Shown: positions 34,052 to 43,863 of the stretch, piece by piece
Layout: each line of letters opens with the position of its first letter
Position numbering within the stretch: position 1 is the stretch's first letter
Assembly (NCBI GenBank): GCA_003599135.1
Contig: QZIV01000011.1
Coordinates: 1-46,236 of the forward strand
Source: Candidatus Parcubacteria bacterium
GTDB lineage: Bacteria > Patescibacteriota > Minisyncoccia > UBA6257 > 2-01-FULL-56-20
Direction: 5' to 3'
Length of the DNA: 46,236 nt
Translations under genes and position numbers: made by a program
Notes under the pieces: model-generated
Told to the model about the DNA's origin: nothing
Database searches by the model: none
Seen by the model: the letters and a program-made list of their open reading frames with translations, nothing else

Positions 34052-34614
34052 TGGGTGACTACAAATTCGAGGTCGATACGTCCCAGGCTGAAGCTCTTGG
34101 CCGGCGCATTGAACAGGCCGCTAAAGATGGTTTCTCTGATGCTCAAATTACAAAAGCCCTCAGACAAGGGGCCCGCGTGATACGGGATAAGGCGCGAGCT
34201 ACGGCTCCGGTACGGAAAACGGGCAAGTCCATTAAGGGCAAGGGACGCCCCGGGGTGCTCAAAAGATCGATCAAGGACGTAACCCTTAAAAAGCGCCAGG
34301 GTAGACCACCGGCGGCAAAAGCGGCTGGCGTTGCTCCTCATGCTCATTTGGTGGAACTCGGGACGGGGCCGCGATTCCGGGGAATCAAAAAGCATTTCGT
34401 TGGCGGGAGGACAGAGCGGGGAATAAAGCGATACGGACCGCGTCATTTCTTTTGGGAAGGCACCGGCAACAAATTCGGCTATACCGGCTCGATGCCGCCT
34501 AATCCCTTTTTCAAGCATGCCGTTGACGCTGGTATGGCGGCGGCCAATCAGGCTATAGACCAGGGCATTGACAAAATGCGCGATGCGTTTGACCGGAAGG
34601 TACGCGGAAGTTGA
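34051..34614 (+). CDS. HK97 gp10-like tail completion protein
   Basis: ALRQGARVIRDKARATAPV, LKRSI, AHLVELGT, MPPNPFFKHAVD. Confidence 0.85.
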   Translation: MGDYKFEVDTSQAEALGRRIEQAAKDGFSDAQITKALRQGARVIRDKARATAPVRKTGKSIKGKGRPGVLKRSIKDVTLKKRQGRPPAAKAAGVAPHAHLVELGTGPRFRGIKKHFVGGRTERGIKRYGPRHFFWEGTGNKFGYTGSMPPNPFFKHAVDAGMAAANQAIDQGIDKMRDAFDRKVRGS

Positions 34615-35129
34615 GCATTGATATTTCCAGCCTTGAAGACGCCGTTAAGGTGGTTTATGCCGCCGATTCATGGTTCTCGGAGTCCGCAAACTGCGTTACT
34701 ATCGAGGCCCGATTCCGGCGCGTTTCGCAGGACTATAACCGCGCCTTTTATGGATTCGAGCCAACAAGCGAATTACCCGCCGTTATCATTGTGGCGGCAA
34801 TTCAGCGCAACGGATTCGAGGGTAAGGTCCGGCGCGAACATACCACGACCGGCGAATACGATTACTTTATTCCAATGGCGATTCTGTGCATCTTGCAAAA
34901 GGCCGATTATGACGATTGCGAAAGCGCGATTATCACGATGATCGAAAAGGCCACCGACGTTGCAGAGGAGCAAATTCATTCCGGCGCCGATTGGGGAACG
35001 GGTGACGGCATAACCGTACCCGACAGCATTGAGGACTCATATAACGTGATTCCGCACGGGGCAACGCATATCGGAGTTGGCATTGTGAAATTCGACATTC
35101 AAAAGATTGGGGATATCGGGGGAATATAA
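34611..35129 (+). CDS. Putative tail terminator protein
   Basis: Position between gp10-like and tail tube genes; ELPAVII segment. Confidence 0.55.
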   Translation: MSIDISSLEDAVKVVYAADSWFSESANCVTIEARFRRVSQDYNRAFYGFEPTSELPAVIIVAAIQRNGFEGKVRREHTTTGEYDYFIPMAILCILQKADYDDCESAIITMIEKATDVAEEQIHSGADWGTGDGITVPDSIEDSYNVIPHGATHIGVGIVKFDIQKIGDIGGI

Positions 35130-35138
35130 AATAGCATT

Positions 35139-35239
35139 CAGGGCTTGACCTGAGCCGGACGCGGCAGACGGTCAATGAAAGAAAGAAAGGCGGCTGGTAG
35201 GAGCCTACCCTCCTATTAGCCGCCTTTTTCTTTGCCCTG
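35139..35239 (+). promoter_or_regulatory. Structured RNA element 3 (attenuator-like) before the tail tube genes
   Basis: CAGGGC/GCCCTG closing stem, TTGACC/GGTCAA stem, AAAGGCGGCTGGTAGGAG / CTCCTATTAGCCGCCTTT terminator stem whose loop CCTACC complements GGTAGG. Confidence 0.68.
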
Positions 35240-35260
35240 ACAACGAGGAGGATACGACAG

Positions 35261-35461
35261 ATGCCGAGCAAGGCAAAACGCGATTTTGAGGTTTTTACCG
35301 GCGCTCTCAGGCGCAAATTCAAAGCCGGTGACGTTGACCTGCGGGATGTCTACGCCCGTAAATGGCCGCATGATTTTGAGTTCATTCCGGCCGATACGCC
35401 ACCAAAGGAGGGCCCGAAACCCGTAAATGTTGAGATCAAGCCGGAAGGGGGTGACGAATAA
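35261..35461 (+). CDS. Small hypothetical protein
   Basis: GAGGAGG RBS; coupled to the tail tube gene. Confidence 0.65.
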   Translation: MPSKAKRDFEVFTGALRRKFKAGDVDLRDVYARKWPHDFEFIPADTPPKEGPKPVNVEIKPEGGDE

Positions 35462-36531
35462 TGGCACGTACATTTGCAGAACCGTCATACAGGGGTTTTT
35501 CGGTTACGGCGGAAAGCCCGTATGGAACGGCAGAGGCCGCCGCCTCGTGGATTGCCCGTTTTCAGGACAAGGCCACAATGCCGCAACCTGGCGGGCTTGT
35601 CGATGCCGATGAAGACGAGTACACGGGCAGCACTTATCGCAAAAAGCATGACATTGTGCAATGGGCGGTCCAACTCACACATGAGCAGCGCCTATTACCA
35701 TATGTCGCGGGGTTATTTCTTTCGCTTGTCGGCGGATCGACTACTGCAACACAGCAGGCAGCGACCGCCGCATATCTGCATGTGATAGAGGATGATTCCG
35801 ACGCTGTTGACCTGCTCTCCGTAACCATGTGGGAGGATACGCCCGCATACGGCCAGCAGGAATTTACCGGAATCGCTTGCACTGAGGTTTCCATTGAATT
35901 CGGGCGCGGCGAATTCTGCAAGCTGACGGCCCAACTCATCGGCGACGGCGCGGTTGCGGCGGGAGACGATCTCTCAGCCGTTGCGGTAGCGAATACCTCG
36001 GAGGTCTATCTCAAATGGAGCGATGTTGATGTTCTTGTCGGTGGCACATATTCCGAGGCCGCAGGCGTTGGATCGGTAGCGGGTGGAACGTCAATCAAAT
36101 CACAGATTCGCAGCGGGAAAATCACGATCAAAAACAACGGCGCCCTGCTCTATGCGCTCGGGGAATCGGACGACTACGCCTCGGGAGCAATTAAGGGAAA
36201 CATGAAGGACGCCGAAATCGTGAAAATCGAGCTCGAATTTGAACCCGCATTGGCGGATCCCGATTTAGAGCTTGATTACCTTACCGGCGAAACGGAGAAC
36301 GTCCTGCAGATCGAATTTCAGGGCGCATCAATGGGCGGCGCAGAGGCCGCCTATTACTACACCGTGGATTTCTACTTCCCGGTTACTCGCGTCAATGCGG
36401 GGGCGCTCGATAAGGACAACCTGGTACAGACGGCAACGCAGACATGGATTGCCATAAAAGACGATTCAGTCAATGACTATCCGCTCTGGCAGGCGCAGGT
36501 GACCAACAAGGTAACGGCCTATCTAGGCTAG
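35461..36531 (+). CDS. Major tail tube protein
   Basis: ESPYGT N-terminus, FTGIACTEVSIEFGRGEFCKLTAQLIG, ITIKNN; upstream of chaperone and tape measure genes. Confidence 0.78.
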   Translation: MARTFAEPSYRGFSVTAESPYGTAEAAASWIARFQDKATMPQPGGLVDADEDEYTGSTYRKKHDIVQWAVQLTHEQRLLPYVAGLFLSLVGGSTTATQQAATAAYLHVIEDDSDAVDLLSVTMWEDTPAYGQQEFTGIACTEVSIEFGRGEFCKLTAQLIGDGAVAAGDDLSAVAVANTSEVYLKWSDVDVLVGGTYSEAAGVGSVAGGTSIKSQIRSGKITIKNNGALLYALGESDDYASGAIKGNMKDAEIVKIELEFEPALADPDLELDYLTGETENVLQIEFQGASMGGAEAAYYYTVDFYFPVTRVNAGALDKDNLVQTATQTWIAIKDDSVNDYPLWQAQVTNKVTAYLG

Positions 36532-36561
36532 GGTATGGGCGAATGAAAGGAGACTACAGCA

Positions 36562-36951
36562 ATGGCGAGGGTACTCAACGAAGGCGATCAAATCAGAATC
36601 AGGATCGAAACCGAAGACGATGAAAAACGCTGGCCGGTTTTGATTCTGACGTATCCGAACGAGCAAGAGCTCGATAAACACGAGCGCGACCGCGCAACCG
36701 TCGAAATGGCGCGTCACGGCAAAGTCAAAACCAAAGTCGACTATGCCGCAGATATTCAGTTCATCGAAAAGCATCTTGTCGGCTGTGAAAACATCGAGAT
36801 TCCCGATCCCGCCAATCCCGGCCAATTCGTACCGCTAACCACCACAACCCCTGAATGGAAATCGAAAATCCCCGTTCGCTGGAAACGACGAGCGATCAAT
36901 TATTTCCTTACGGGTGACGCAATGGGTGACGAGGACCCGGAAAAAAACTAA
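36562..36951 (+). CDS. Tail assembly chaperone (gpG-like)
   Basis: Between tube and tape measure; ends in slippery A AAA AAC TAA. Confidence 0.8.
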   Translation: MARVLNEGDQIRIRIETEDDEKRWPVLILTYPNEQELDKHERDRATVEMARHGKVKTKVDYAADIQFIEKHLVGCENIEIPDPANPGQFVPLTTTTPEWKSKIPVRWKRRAINYFLTGDAMGDEDPEKN

Positions 36952-37244
36952 TCGCGTTCCTGGAGTCAGACTATTTTCGGCGGCTCCAGGAATGCAGGGA
37001 CATGGAGGGCGAGCCATGCGGGGAATGCAAAGACTGTCCGCATTACAAAGAGGCTTTCAGCCGATTCACGCCCGAATATGCGGCTTATGTTTCACGCCTG
37101 CAGCGCGGCATTTTGCGGCTGAAGCTCGCCCCCACGCTGGCCGGCCAATATTCCTTGCGGGAAATCGATCTCATGGCCTTGATGATCGCACACGCCGAAC
37201 AGAAGGCCGCAGAGAAGGCAAAAGAAAATGCCAAGACCAGTTGA
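36942..37244 (+). CDS. -1 frameshift extension of the tail chaperone (gpGT-like)
   Basis: -1 frame from 36948 reads LIAFLESDYFRRLQECRD into ORF 37002-37244; hairpin TTCCTGGAG/CTCCAGGAA at 36957-36992. Confidence 0.8.
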   Translation, partial: KKLIAFLESDYFRRLQECRDMEGEPCGECKDCPHYKEAFSRFTPEYAAYVSRLQRGILRLKLAPTLAGQYSLREIDLMALMIAHAEQKAAEKAKENAKTS

Positions 37245-39351
37245 AATAATCCTGCGTGGAGCATTTGACGACAAGATCACACCCGCATACAAGCGGGCGA
37301 TGAATCAGGTCAAGGCGGAGGCTAAATCTGCTACTGCCGCAATGGGCCAGCTTTTCAATTCCGGCATCGGCCTAATCAAGCGCGGATTTACCAGCCTCTT
37401 GTCCCTCGCAAGGCGCGTATTCTCCGAACTCGTACAGGCCGCGAAATGGGCGGCATTAGGAATTGCCGCGATATCGGTAGCTTTAATCAAGATCGGCTCT
37501 GACGTTACGGAAGCGGAGAACCTTTTTGTCGTTTCAATGGGTGAAATGCGCTCGCAGGCAGAAGCATGGGCGAAAGAATTTTCGCGCACCCTGCGATTGA
37601 ATGTCAATGACGTAAAGAAATTTTTGGGCACGTTCAATGTCATGCTGTCAAGCCTCGGACTCGCCGCAGACGAAGCATATGAGATGTCGAAGGGGCTTGT
37701 CCGGCTCGCCTACGATATTAGCTCATTCTACAATCTGAAGCCCGAGGAGGCATTCCTGAAACTTCAGGCCGGCATCACCGGCGAGGTGGAGCCGTTAAAG
37801 CGCCTGGGAATTGTGCTGAATGAAACGACCGTAAAAGCTTACGCCATGGCGCATGGCATCGGCGAGGCCGGAAAAGAGCTTACGGAAAACCAAAAAATTC
37901 TTGCTCGTTACGGCGCATTGATGGAAGCAACGAAAAAGGCTCAGGGCGATCTTAACCGGACGCTGGGAAGCTCTACGAACATATTCCGCTCGATTTGGGC
38001 GGCGATCCGAGAAGTTGCTCAGCATATCGGCAAGGGGATCGTTGAGAGCAAAGCGTTTCAGGCCGCCGTTAAATGGCTGGGTGATACATTCATTGAATTG
38101 AAAGATAAGATCCTCGGGGTGAATATCTCCGAAACGATAGACCGCTGGACCGACAGCATCCGCCGCTTTTTCACTGAAACATTGAATGTGGGGGCGCGGC
38201 TGCAGAACATGAAACAGCAGGCGCTCGATCTGCTCAGAAGTATTCCTATTGGCGGAACGATCACGGAAACCAAAGTGCATTCCACCGGATTCGGAACGGA
38301 AAAGACCACCACGACCCGGGCCCGGACGCTGGCGGATATCGGCGGTATTCGAGAGGCGCTAAAGGCGCTCGGAGTTGACGCCAAACAATTCATTGCCGAT
38401 GCGTTCACGTGGATCGAGCAGAAGATTCTCGCGGCGTTTGCATATATCAAATCCGGCGAGGCTAAAAGAGACTTCGAAGGCTTAAAGAGAAGCTGGGCGG
38501 CCTTCAGGGAAGATGTTGCTGTAATCGCTGGCGTACTTCGGCCAACGTACACAATATTAAAAAACCTTGCCGGCCTCGCCTTTGACTTTGCTAAAGCACA
38601 CCCGGATATCGCCGCCCTTGGCGCCGCCTTTATTCTGCTCGGACCGCCAATTGCCAGAATAGTAGGGCCGCTCGCCACTATCGCATCGTTCCTGTTTACC
38701 ATCGGGAGCGGAGTAATCCCCGTGATTATCTCCGGCATAGGCGCGGTTGTGGGTGTTCTTGGTGGACCGCTGACGCTTGCGATCATCGGCGTTGTTGCCG
38801 CAATCACCTCGATTTACCTCAATTGGGAAAACATCTGGAAAATGTTTCGTGACGGTTGGTGGGCAATCCGGGATGCCGCGATCGAAACATGGGAAATGAT
38901 CAAGGAAGCATTCACATTTGATGCCTTGACGCTGGCGCTTAATGGTTTTATCGACGGCGCGAAGGCAACATGGCAGGATTTTTCCACCTGGTTCAAATCC
39001 CTCTGGAACGAAACCATAAGCGCGGGTATCGATAAGGTCAAGGAATTCTTCGGGGTTGCGCGTCCTCAGCATAAAGAAAGCCCGTCCATGATCGAGAATT
39101 GGGCGGCTGGTATTGGACAGATTGAAGCCACGTTTGCGAGCGCGATGTCAAACATGATGGCGCAGTCGCAAGTATTAACGGCTCAGTCGAGGCCAAATTA
39201 TCAAACGTCGTATTCCACGGTCATTAATGGCGGCATCAATGTTTCTCTTCCGCCTTCGAATGACCCCGAAACACTGTCAGATGAATTTGTCCGCAGGCTC
39301 CAACACAAGATGAACCGGCGCTCTCGCGTTGGCTGGGACCCGATCTCATGA
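37228..39351 (+). CDS. Tail tape measure protein
   Basis: 707 aa, helical and Ala-rich; LAYDISSFYN, GITGEVEPLKRLGIVL, AQGDLNRT; Trp-periodic C-terminal region. Confidence 0.92.
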   Translation: MPRPVEIILRGAFDDKITPAYKRAMNQVKAEAKSATAAMGQLFNSGIGLIKRGFTSLLSLARRVFSELVQAAKWAALGIAAISVALIKIGSDVTEAENLFVVSMGEMRSQAEAWAKEFSRTLRLNVNDVKKFLGTFNVMLSSLGLAADEAYEMSKGLVRLAYDISSFYNLKPEEAFLKLQAGITGEVEPLKRLGIVLNETTVKAYAMAHGIGEAGKELTENQKILARYGALMEATKKAQGDLNRTLGSSTNIFRSIWAAIREVAQHIGKGIVESKAFQAAVKWLGDTFIELKDKILGVNISETIDRWTDSIRRFFTETLNVGARLQNMKQQALDLLRSIPIGGTITETKVHSTGFGTEKTTTTRARTLADIGGIREALKALGVDAKQFIADAFTWIEQKILAAFAYIKSGEAKRDFEGLKRSWAAFREDVAVIAGVLRPTYTILKNLAGLAFDFAKAHPDIAALGAAFILLGPPIARIVGPLATIASFLFTIGSGVIPVIISGIGAVVGVLGGPLTLAIIGVVAAITSIYLNWENIWKMFRDGWWAIRDAAIETWEMIKEAFTFDALTLALNGFIDGAKATWQDFSTWFKSLWNETISAGIDKVKEFFGVARPQHKESPSMIENWAAGIGQIEATFASAMSNMMAQSQVLTAQSRPNYQTSYSTVINGGINVSLPPSNDPETLSDEFVRRLQHKMNRRSRVGWDPIS

Positions 39352-39707
39352 GTGTGATATTCACACAGGGAGCAACGACCGTAACATTAACCCGCGGCCC
39401 GATATTCCCGTACACGCCGCAGACGGATAAATACCAGCTCATAGGCCGGACGGCCGGTAATACAATCATTGTCCAGGAGCTTGCAACACAGGATTCGGTT
39501 TATACGTTTCGATTCGCTAACGTCTCAGACAGCGATTATGCCGATCTGTATAGCTTCTGGAATACAACGATCGATGGAGCAAATGAGACGTTTACCTTTA
39601 CCGACCCGGATGCTTCCGCGCATACCGCCCGCTGGATGAACGGCTGGAAATGGGAGCAGACATCCGAAGGCCGCTGGGCCGGGGAAGTAACTTTGAGGTA
39701 TGAATGA
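39348..39707 (+). CDS. Distal tail protein (Dit / gpM-like)
   Basis: Follows tape measure; LYSFWNTTIDGANETFTFTDPD segment. Confidence 0.7.
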   Translation: MSVIFTQGATTVTLTRGPIFPYTPQTDKYQLIGRTAGNTIIVQELATQDSVYTFRFANVSDSDYADLYSFWNTTIDGANETFTFTDPDASAHTARWMNGWKWEQTSEGRWAGEVTLRYE

Positions 39708-40972
39708 GAACTCTAACAGCCGCGATGGAGGCGCAACGGACCGCTACCGCAACATCCCCGCGCATTCTCGTCAGGATTGACATTTCCGGCGACGGCGACT
39801 ATTCCGGCATGTACTCAGACCAGGACATGGATGTATCCGGCAACACCTACGAGGGATACGTTCAGGAGATATCCGACATCAACTCTTCCCTCGATCTCGT
39901 GAAACTCGGAAGCACGGATGACATTGAGATCATCATGAAAAATGACGATACGGAGAAGTTCGCCACAATCGCAATCACAAATCAGCTTGAAGGTAAAGCC
40001 GTTTGGGTTGAACTGTGGTTCCCGGGGACTACATACAGCACAGACGCTATAACCCTTTTTCGCGGGCATATCGAGTCGATCCGGGAGCACGCAAACGGCG
40101 GAACGGCGCTGCATTGCGTGGAATTTGGCAAGAAATACCTTCAAGAACTTCCGCTCCGGGAGATAAATGAGGATGATTTTGATTGGGATTTGCCGCCTGA
40201 AAACCTGGGCGCGAAAATCCCGGTGATCTATGGCAAGCTGGAGAATGCGAAAGGGCTTTGTATTTGGGGTTATCCGACCACGAAATTATACACGGCGCAT
40301 CGGGCCGAACAAACCGTAATTCTCTGTGATGATGTGTCTAATTTTCCGTCATCTGGCACCGTTTTAATTGGCATGGAAGAGATCAGCTATGGCGACATCG
40401 ATGTTGAGTATGACTTTGAAGGCCAGACAATAGGAGCCTTGCTCGATTGCACGCGCGGCGCCGGTGGCACAACAGCCCTTCCCCACAAAGAGGGCAGCGT
40501 GGTCGCCATTGCAAAGCAACACATCTATATTTTTGCCGATCACGGTTGCGGGGCGATCCGGGCGCCGCTGATCAATGGGATTCGCCCGATTGACGATTAT
40601 ACGAGCAATGATGCATCCACCTCATTCGCGCGGCTGCGCGACGGAGAAACACAGCGGACGTGCATTCTCACGTTTGACGAGTCGCCGGCGCGATATCTGG
40701 AGATACAGGAAGGCGTGGAATCGATGAATGTATATCCGAATGTGGTGGATGCAGTAAATAGCGCAACCGACCCGACAAACGCGATTGATCAAATCGAGGG
40801 AGACAGTTATGCCCAAGTATCGGCCGCCGCAACCCCGCTGGCGGTTAAACAGACACTCGATCTATCTGATTACGAGTATGAGCGCGGCCCGATAAAGCAG
40901 GCATTCGTGACGGTTGAGTATGAATATGACGGCACATTTTCGGTCGGCGATTTTACGGTGGACGTAGCCTAA
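39704..40972 (+). CDS. Tail tip / hub protein, N-terminal part
   Basis: YSDQDMDVSGNTYEG, LFRGHI, GAKIPVIYG, CTRGAGGTTALPH segments. Confidence 0.7.
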   Translation: MRTLTAAMEAQRTATATSPRILVRIDISGDGDYSGMYSDQDMDVSGNTYEGYVQEISDINSSLDLVKLGSTDDIEIIMKNDDTEKFATIAITNQLEGKAVWVELWFPGTTYSTDAITLFRGHIESIREHANGGTALHCVEFGKKYLQELPLREINEDDFDWDLPPENLGAKIPVIYGKLENAKGLCIWGYPTTKLYTAHRAEQTVILCDDVSNFPSSGTVLIGMEEISYGDIDVEYDFEGQTIGALLDCTRGAGGTTALPHKEGSVVAIAKQHIYIFADHGCGAIRAPLINGIRPIDDYTSNDASTSFARLRDGETQRTCILTFDESPARYLEIQEGVESMNVYPNVVDAVNSATDPTNAIDQIEGDSYAQVSAAATPLAVKQTLDLSDYEYERGPIKQAFVTVEYEYDGTFSVGDFTVDVA

Positions 40973-40973
40973 T

Positions 40974-41210
40974 ATGCAGTCCTGGAATTTATATGATGTC
41001 GATCAAGGCCATTCCAAAAATTCGGATGATACGAAGGATCGGGATTTTGTTGGGCGCGGAGGCGTCCAGGACGCAAAATTTTGGAGGCAGTCATCCGAAC
41101 CGACGCCTGTTGCCGGCAAGACAAACTTTTGGGAAGACACTGACGACGGCCATGAATATAAATATAACTTTTCACTGTCAATGTGGGTTTCAATCACGGG
41201 GTTTTCATAA
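40974..41210 (+). CDS. Small tail-region protein
   Basis: SSEPTPVAGKTNFWEDTDDG resembles fibre-junction motifs; coupled on both sides. Confidence 0.55.
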   Translation: MQSWNLYDVDQGHSKNSDDTKDRDFVGRGGVQDAKFWRQSSEPTPVAGKTNFWEDTDDGHEYKYNFSLSMWVSITGFS

Positions 41211-42355
41211 TGCCTGTAAGCGGCGAACCTCCTTATAGCTGGTATAAAGGCACGTCCCTTACAAAGCAATTCTTTTGGAGTCGCATCTTTTGTGAGGCGA
41301 TGCAGGCGCTAAACAATCGCGCCGCCATTGTCGAGATGTCGCCCTTTACATGGTATGCGTATCGCCCTAATGGTTCGGTGATCGGAGCTCTCGAACACTT
41401 ATCGTTTACATACGAAGAGGCAGAAAACGAGGAGGATATTTCCGCAGGCAAGACGCTCGAAAACGACACGACGGCGGCAAGCGCGGAAATATATTCAATC
41501 AACACAACGACTAAACGCATCATAATTATTGCCACAAGCACCATTGATTGGAATGCGGGAGACGCGATCTCGTGCGATACATTTGCGGCAGTGATCAGCG
41601 ACACATATATTTCATGCCCGGATGATGACGCGCTCAAGAATTTCAAAGCGTGGCGTCACTCGAATGTAATTTACGATATGCGGACGGCGATTGACCAACT
41701 CATTGCCAGCGGCAGGTATAAAACACCCGATACCTATGAGGACTACACGCTCGCGAGGCTGTTAACTGATGCGGTTGCTAGAGAAGATTGGAAACACACG
41801 ATAGCGGCAATTCAGGGGTTGGGCTATTACGATCCCGAGGATATAGAGGAAATTCTGAAGTGCGCCGATCTCTTGATTCCGGGTATCTGGTATATCCCAA
41901 AGACATATATCGGAGAAACCGTTGTTCAAGAAGCGGCGGCGACACGGACAAATTACAGTGAGGCGCCGTATCGAGAGGACGGATTCTGGACGCTGAGCTG
42001 TACAGGGGCTGCGGGCAAGAAGGGCTCCGTAGCGTGCGACGGCTATCATTTCACACTGCAAACAGGGGAATGGGAGACCGGCGGCGCGCTGACGGCAGAA
42101 GTTGCCGTTGGCGAAACAGATAGAATGGTTGATTTCTCCCCTACCGTGAGTTTTTTGACTGTACTAGGGGATTATTGGGAATTCACTTTTAGCGGCGACG
42201 CTTCGACTGTGCTAATGACGGCAACATCTGGGACGCGATATAAATATACGCCCAGCCTGGATTCTATTGAATACCAACTGCTGATAGATGGACAGTGGCA
42301 GACATGGTGGGAGGGCGAGGGCGACACGATACGCCATACATTTGAGGCGCCCTGA
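41210..42355 (+). CDS. Tail-region structural protein
   Basis: TAATG coupling at 41210; 381 aa, acidic and beta-rich. Confidence 0.65.
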   Translation: MPVSGEPPYSWYKGTSLTKQFFWSRIFCEAMQALNNRAAIVEMSPFTWYAYRPNGSVIGALEHLSFTYEEAENEEDISAGKTLENDTTAASAEIYSINTTTKRIIIIATSTIDWNAGDAISCDTFAAVISDTYISCPDDDALKNFKAWRHSNVIYDMRTAIDQLIASGRYKTPDTYEDYTLARLLTDAVAREDWKHTIAAIQGLGYYDPEDIEEILKCADLLIPGIWYIPKTYIGETVVQEAAATRTNYSEAPYREDGFWTLSCTGAAGKKGSVACDGYHFTLQTGEWETGGALTAEVAVGETDRMVDFSPTVSFLTVLGDYWEFTFSGDASTVLMTATSGTRYKYTPSLDSIEYQLLIDGQWQTWWEGEGDTIRHTFEAP

Positions 42356-42358
42356 CAA

Positions 42359-43480
42359 ATGACTATCAATTATTTCAAAATCAACCTGGGAAGCGGACTC
42401 GATGACATTCTGACGGACCCCTGGGGCTTTTTCACAAACAAGGTGGTTCGCGTGAGCAGCACAACAAGCTCGCCGGTTAAGGTGCGGAACGTCCTTTTTA
42501 ATATCGAGTATCACCCGGCCGATATCCGCGTCGGTGATGATGTGCGGGCGACGGTGTGGGGCGACACGGTCACCGAGGATATGGAGCCGGTTGTTGACGG
42601 CAGTGGGGTTGTTGCGGAGCACCCGGCAACAATCCTCTATCATTTGCTGAGTTACTGGTTTCAGGTGCCGGCCGCGCGAATCGATAAGCAGTCGTTTCGT
42701 GACGCAAAGAATACATTAGGAGACGTGCGTTTCGCGTTCGCGCTTTCACAGGCGAGGGCGGGAGAGGAGATCCTTGCCGATCTCGCGTATCAAGCCCGAT
42801 GCTGGTTATTCATGGACTCCGGCAAATACAAGCTCGTTGTCAGGCCAACCGTGCTAACCACGTCCGTCCGCTCGATCGGCACGACCGGAGTAACCGGATT
42901 CATTGGCGGCACAACAAAGCTATTTCCGCTGGGACTGAAGCAAATCTATAACAAAGTGATCGTCAAATATTATCACTCGAATAAAGATGAACTGGACCCG
43001 TACAAACGAAAGGTTATCGCTCAGGACGTTGACAGTCAAACGGAATTCGGAATCCGGACGCTCACGATCGACGCATGGGCGGTCCGGCAGTACGAATGGG
43101 CGCTAAATATCGCAAATCATTATCTCGCCTGGCACCTCGGGCCGCGCTACATATGGCAGGCGGAAACATACCTCGGAAACATGGATCTCGAGCGCGGGGA
43201 CGTTGTTGCTATTACTGACAGCCAATGGGGGCTTTCCGGTGCGTTAGGCGTGGTTGTTGGCATCCAGTGGCTACCAGGATCGGCGCCTGCAGGACGCATG
43301 TATAAAATGCGGCTGAATGTTTTGCTCTATCCCTGTGACTTCTATTGGACCTCGAACCCCAGCGATGAAGAGCCGGAAGAGGGCGAGCCCGAGACGCCCG
43401 ATAATCCGTTTGATCCGGGCGACCGTGGGATCTGGTTTGGCGGCGGCTGGGGGATCGGCTTCGGCCGGGGGATTGCCTAA
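42359..43480 (+). CDS. Tail tip / hub protein, C-terminal part (phage tail_3-like)
   Basis: EHPATILYHLL, IDKQSF, ILADLAYQARC, YNKVIVKY, DSQTEFGIR, DLERGDVVAIT. Confidence 0.75.
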   Translation: MTINYFKINLGSGLDDILTDPWGFFTNKVVRVSSTTSSPVKVRNVLFNIEYHPADIRVGDDVRATVWGDTVTEDMEPVVDGSGVVAEHPATILYHLLSYWFQVPAARIDKQSFRDAKNTLGDVRFAFALSQARAGEEILADLAYQARCWLFMDSGKYKLVVRPTVLTTSVRSIGTTGVTGFIGGTTKLFPLGLKQIYNKVIVKYYHSNKDELDPYKRKVIAQDVDSQTEFGIRTLTIDAWAVRQYEWALNIANHYLAWHLGPRYIWQAETYLGNMDLERGDVVAITDSQWGLSGALGVVVGIQWLPGSAPAGRMYKMRLNVLLYPCDFYWTSNPSDEEPEEGEPETPDNPFDPGDRGIWFGGGWGIGFGRGIA

Positions 43481-43861
43481 ATGTCCGATACCGCGCTTTT
43501 CGCATTCAATAAAAAAGATTTTTACATATTGGGGCGTGTGCGAGAGCGGCAGGCGCTGGCCGCCGGCACGGTTGACGATCTCTCGTATGACGATACAACG
43601 GGCCGGATTAAATTCTGCTTACTCGATCTTACGTGTGTGGCTGAGATTGACGAATCCGGGAATCTCTATATCCCGGGGCGAGTGCGGGAAAGAGAGGTAT
43701 TCGCAAACAGGAATTCGACCGACGGCATCCGGGCGGAGGCATCGGCGGTTGTGCTGAATATCGGGATTACATCGGTTGTCGAATTTACCGTTACCGCCAT
43801 GAGAATTAAAGGGCGGCTGTATGAGCACACGCTCGGGGCGGCATTGCTCGCGGGCGTGTGA
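43481..43861 (+). CDS. Tail-region protein with three short internal repeats
   Basis: YILGRVRER, YIPGRVRER, RIKGRLYEH. Confidence 0.6.
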   Translation: MSDTALFAFNKKDFYILGRVRERQALAAGTVDDLSYDDTTGRIKFCLLDLTCVAEIDESGNLYIPGRVREREVFANRNSTDGIRAEASAVVLNIGITSVVEFTVTAMRIKGRLYEHTLGAALLAGV

Positions 43862-43863
43862 GA

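Noticed and set aside
19906-38807. Long minus-strand ORFs (19906-20574, 22100-22765, 29636-30244, 38058-38807)
   Set aside because: Antisense shadows of well-supported + strand genes, with no recognisable motifs.
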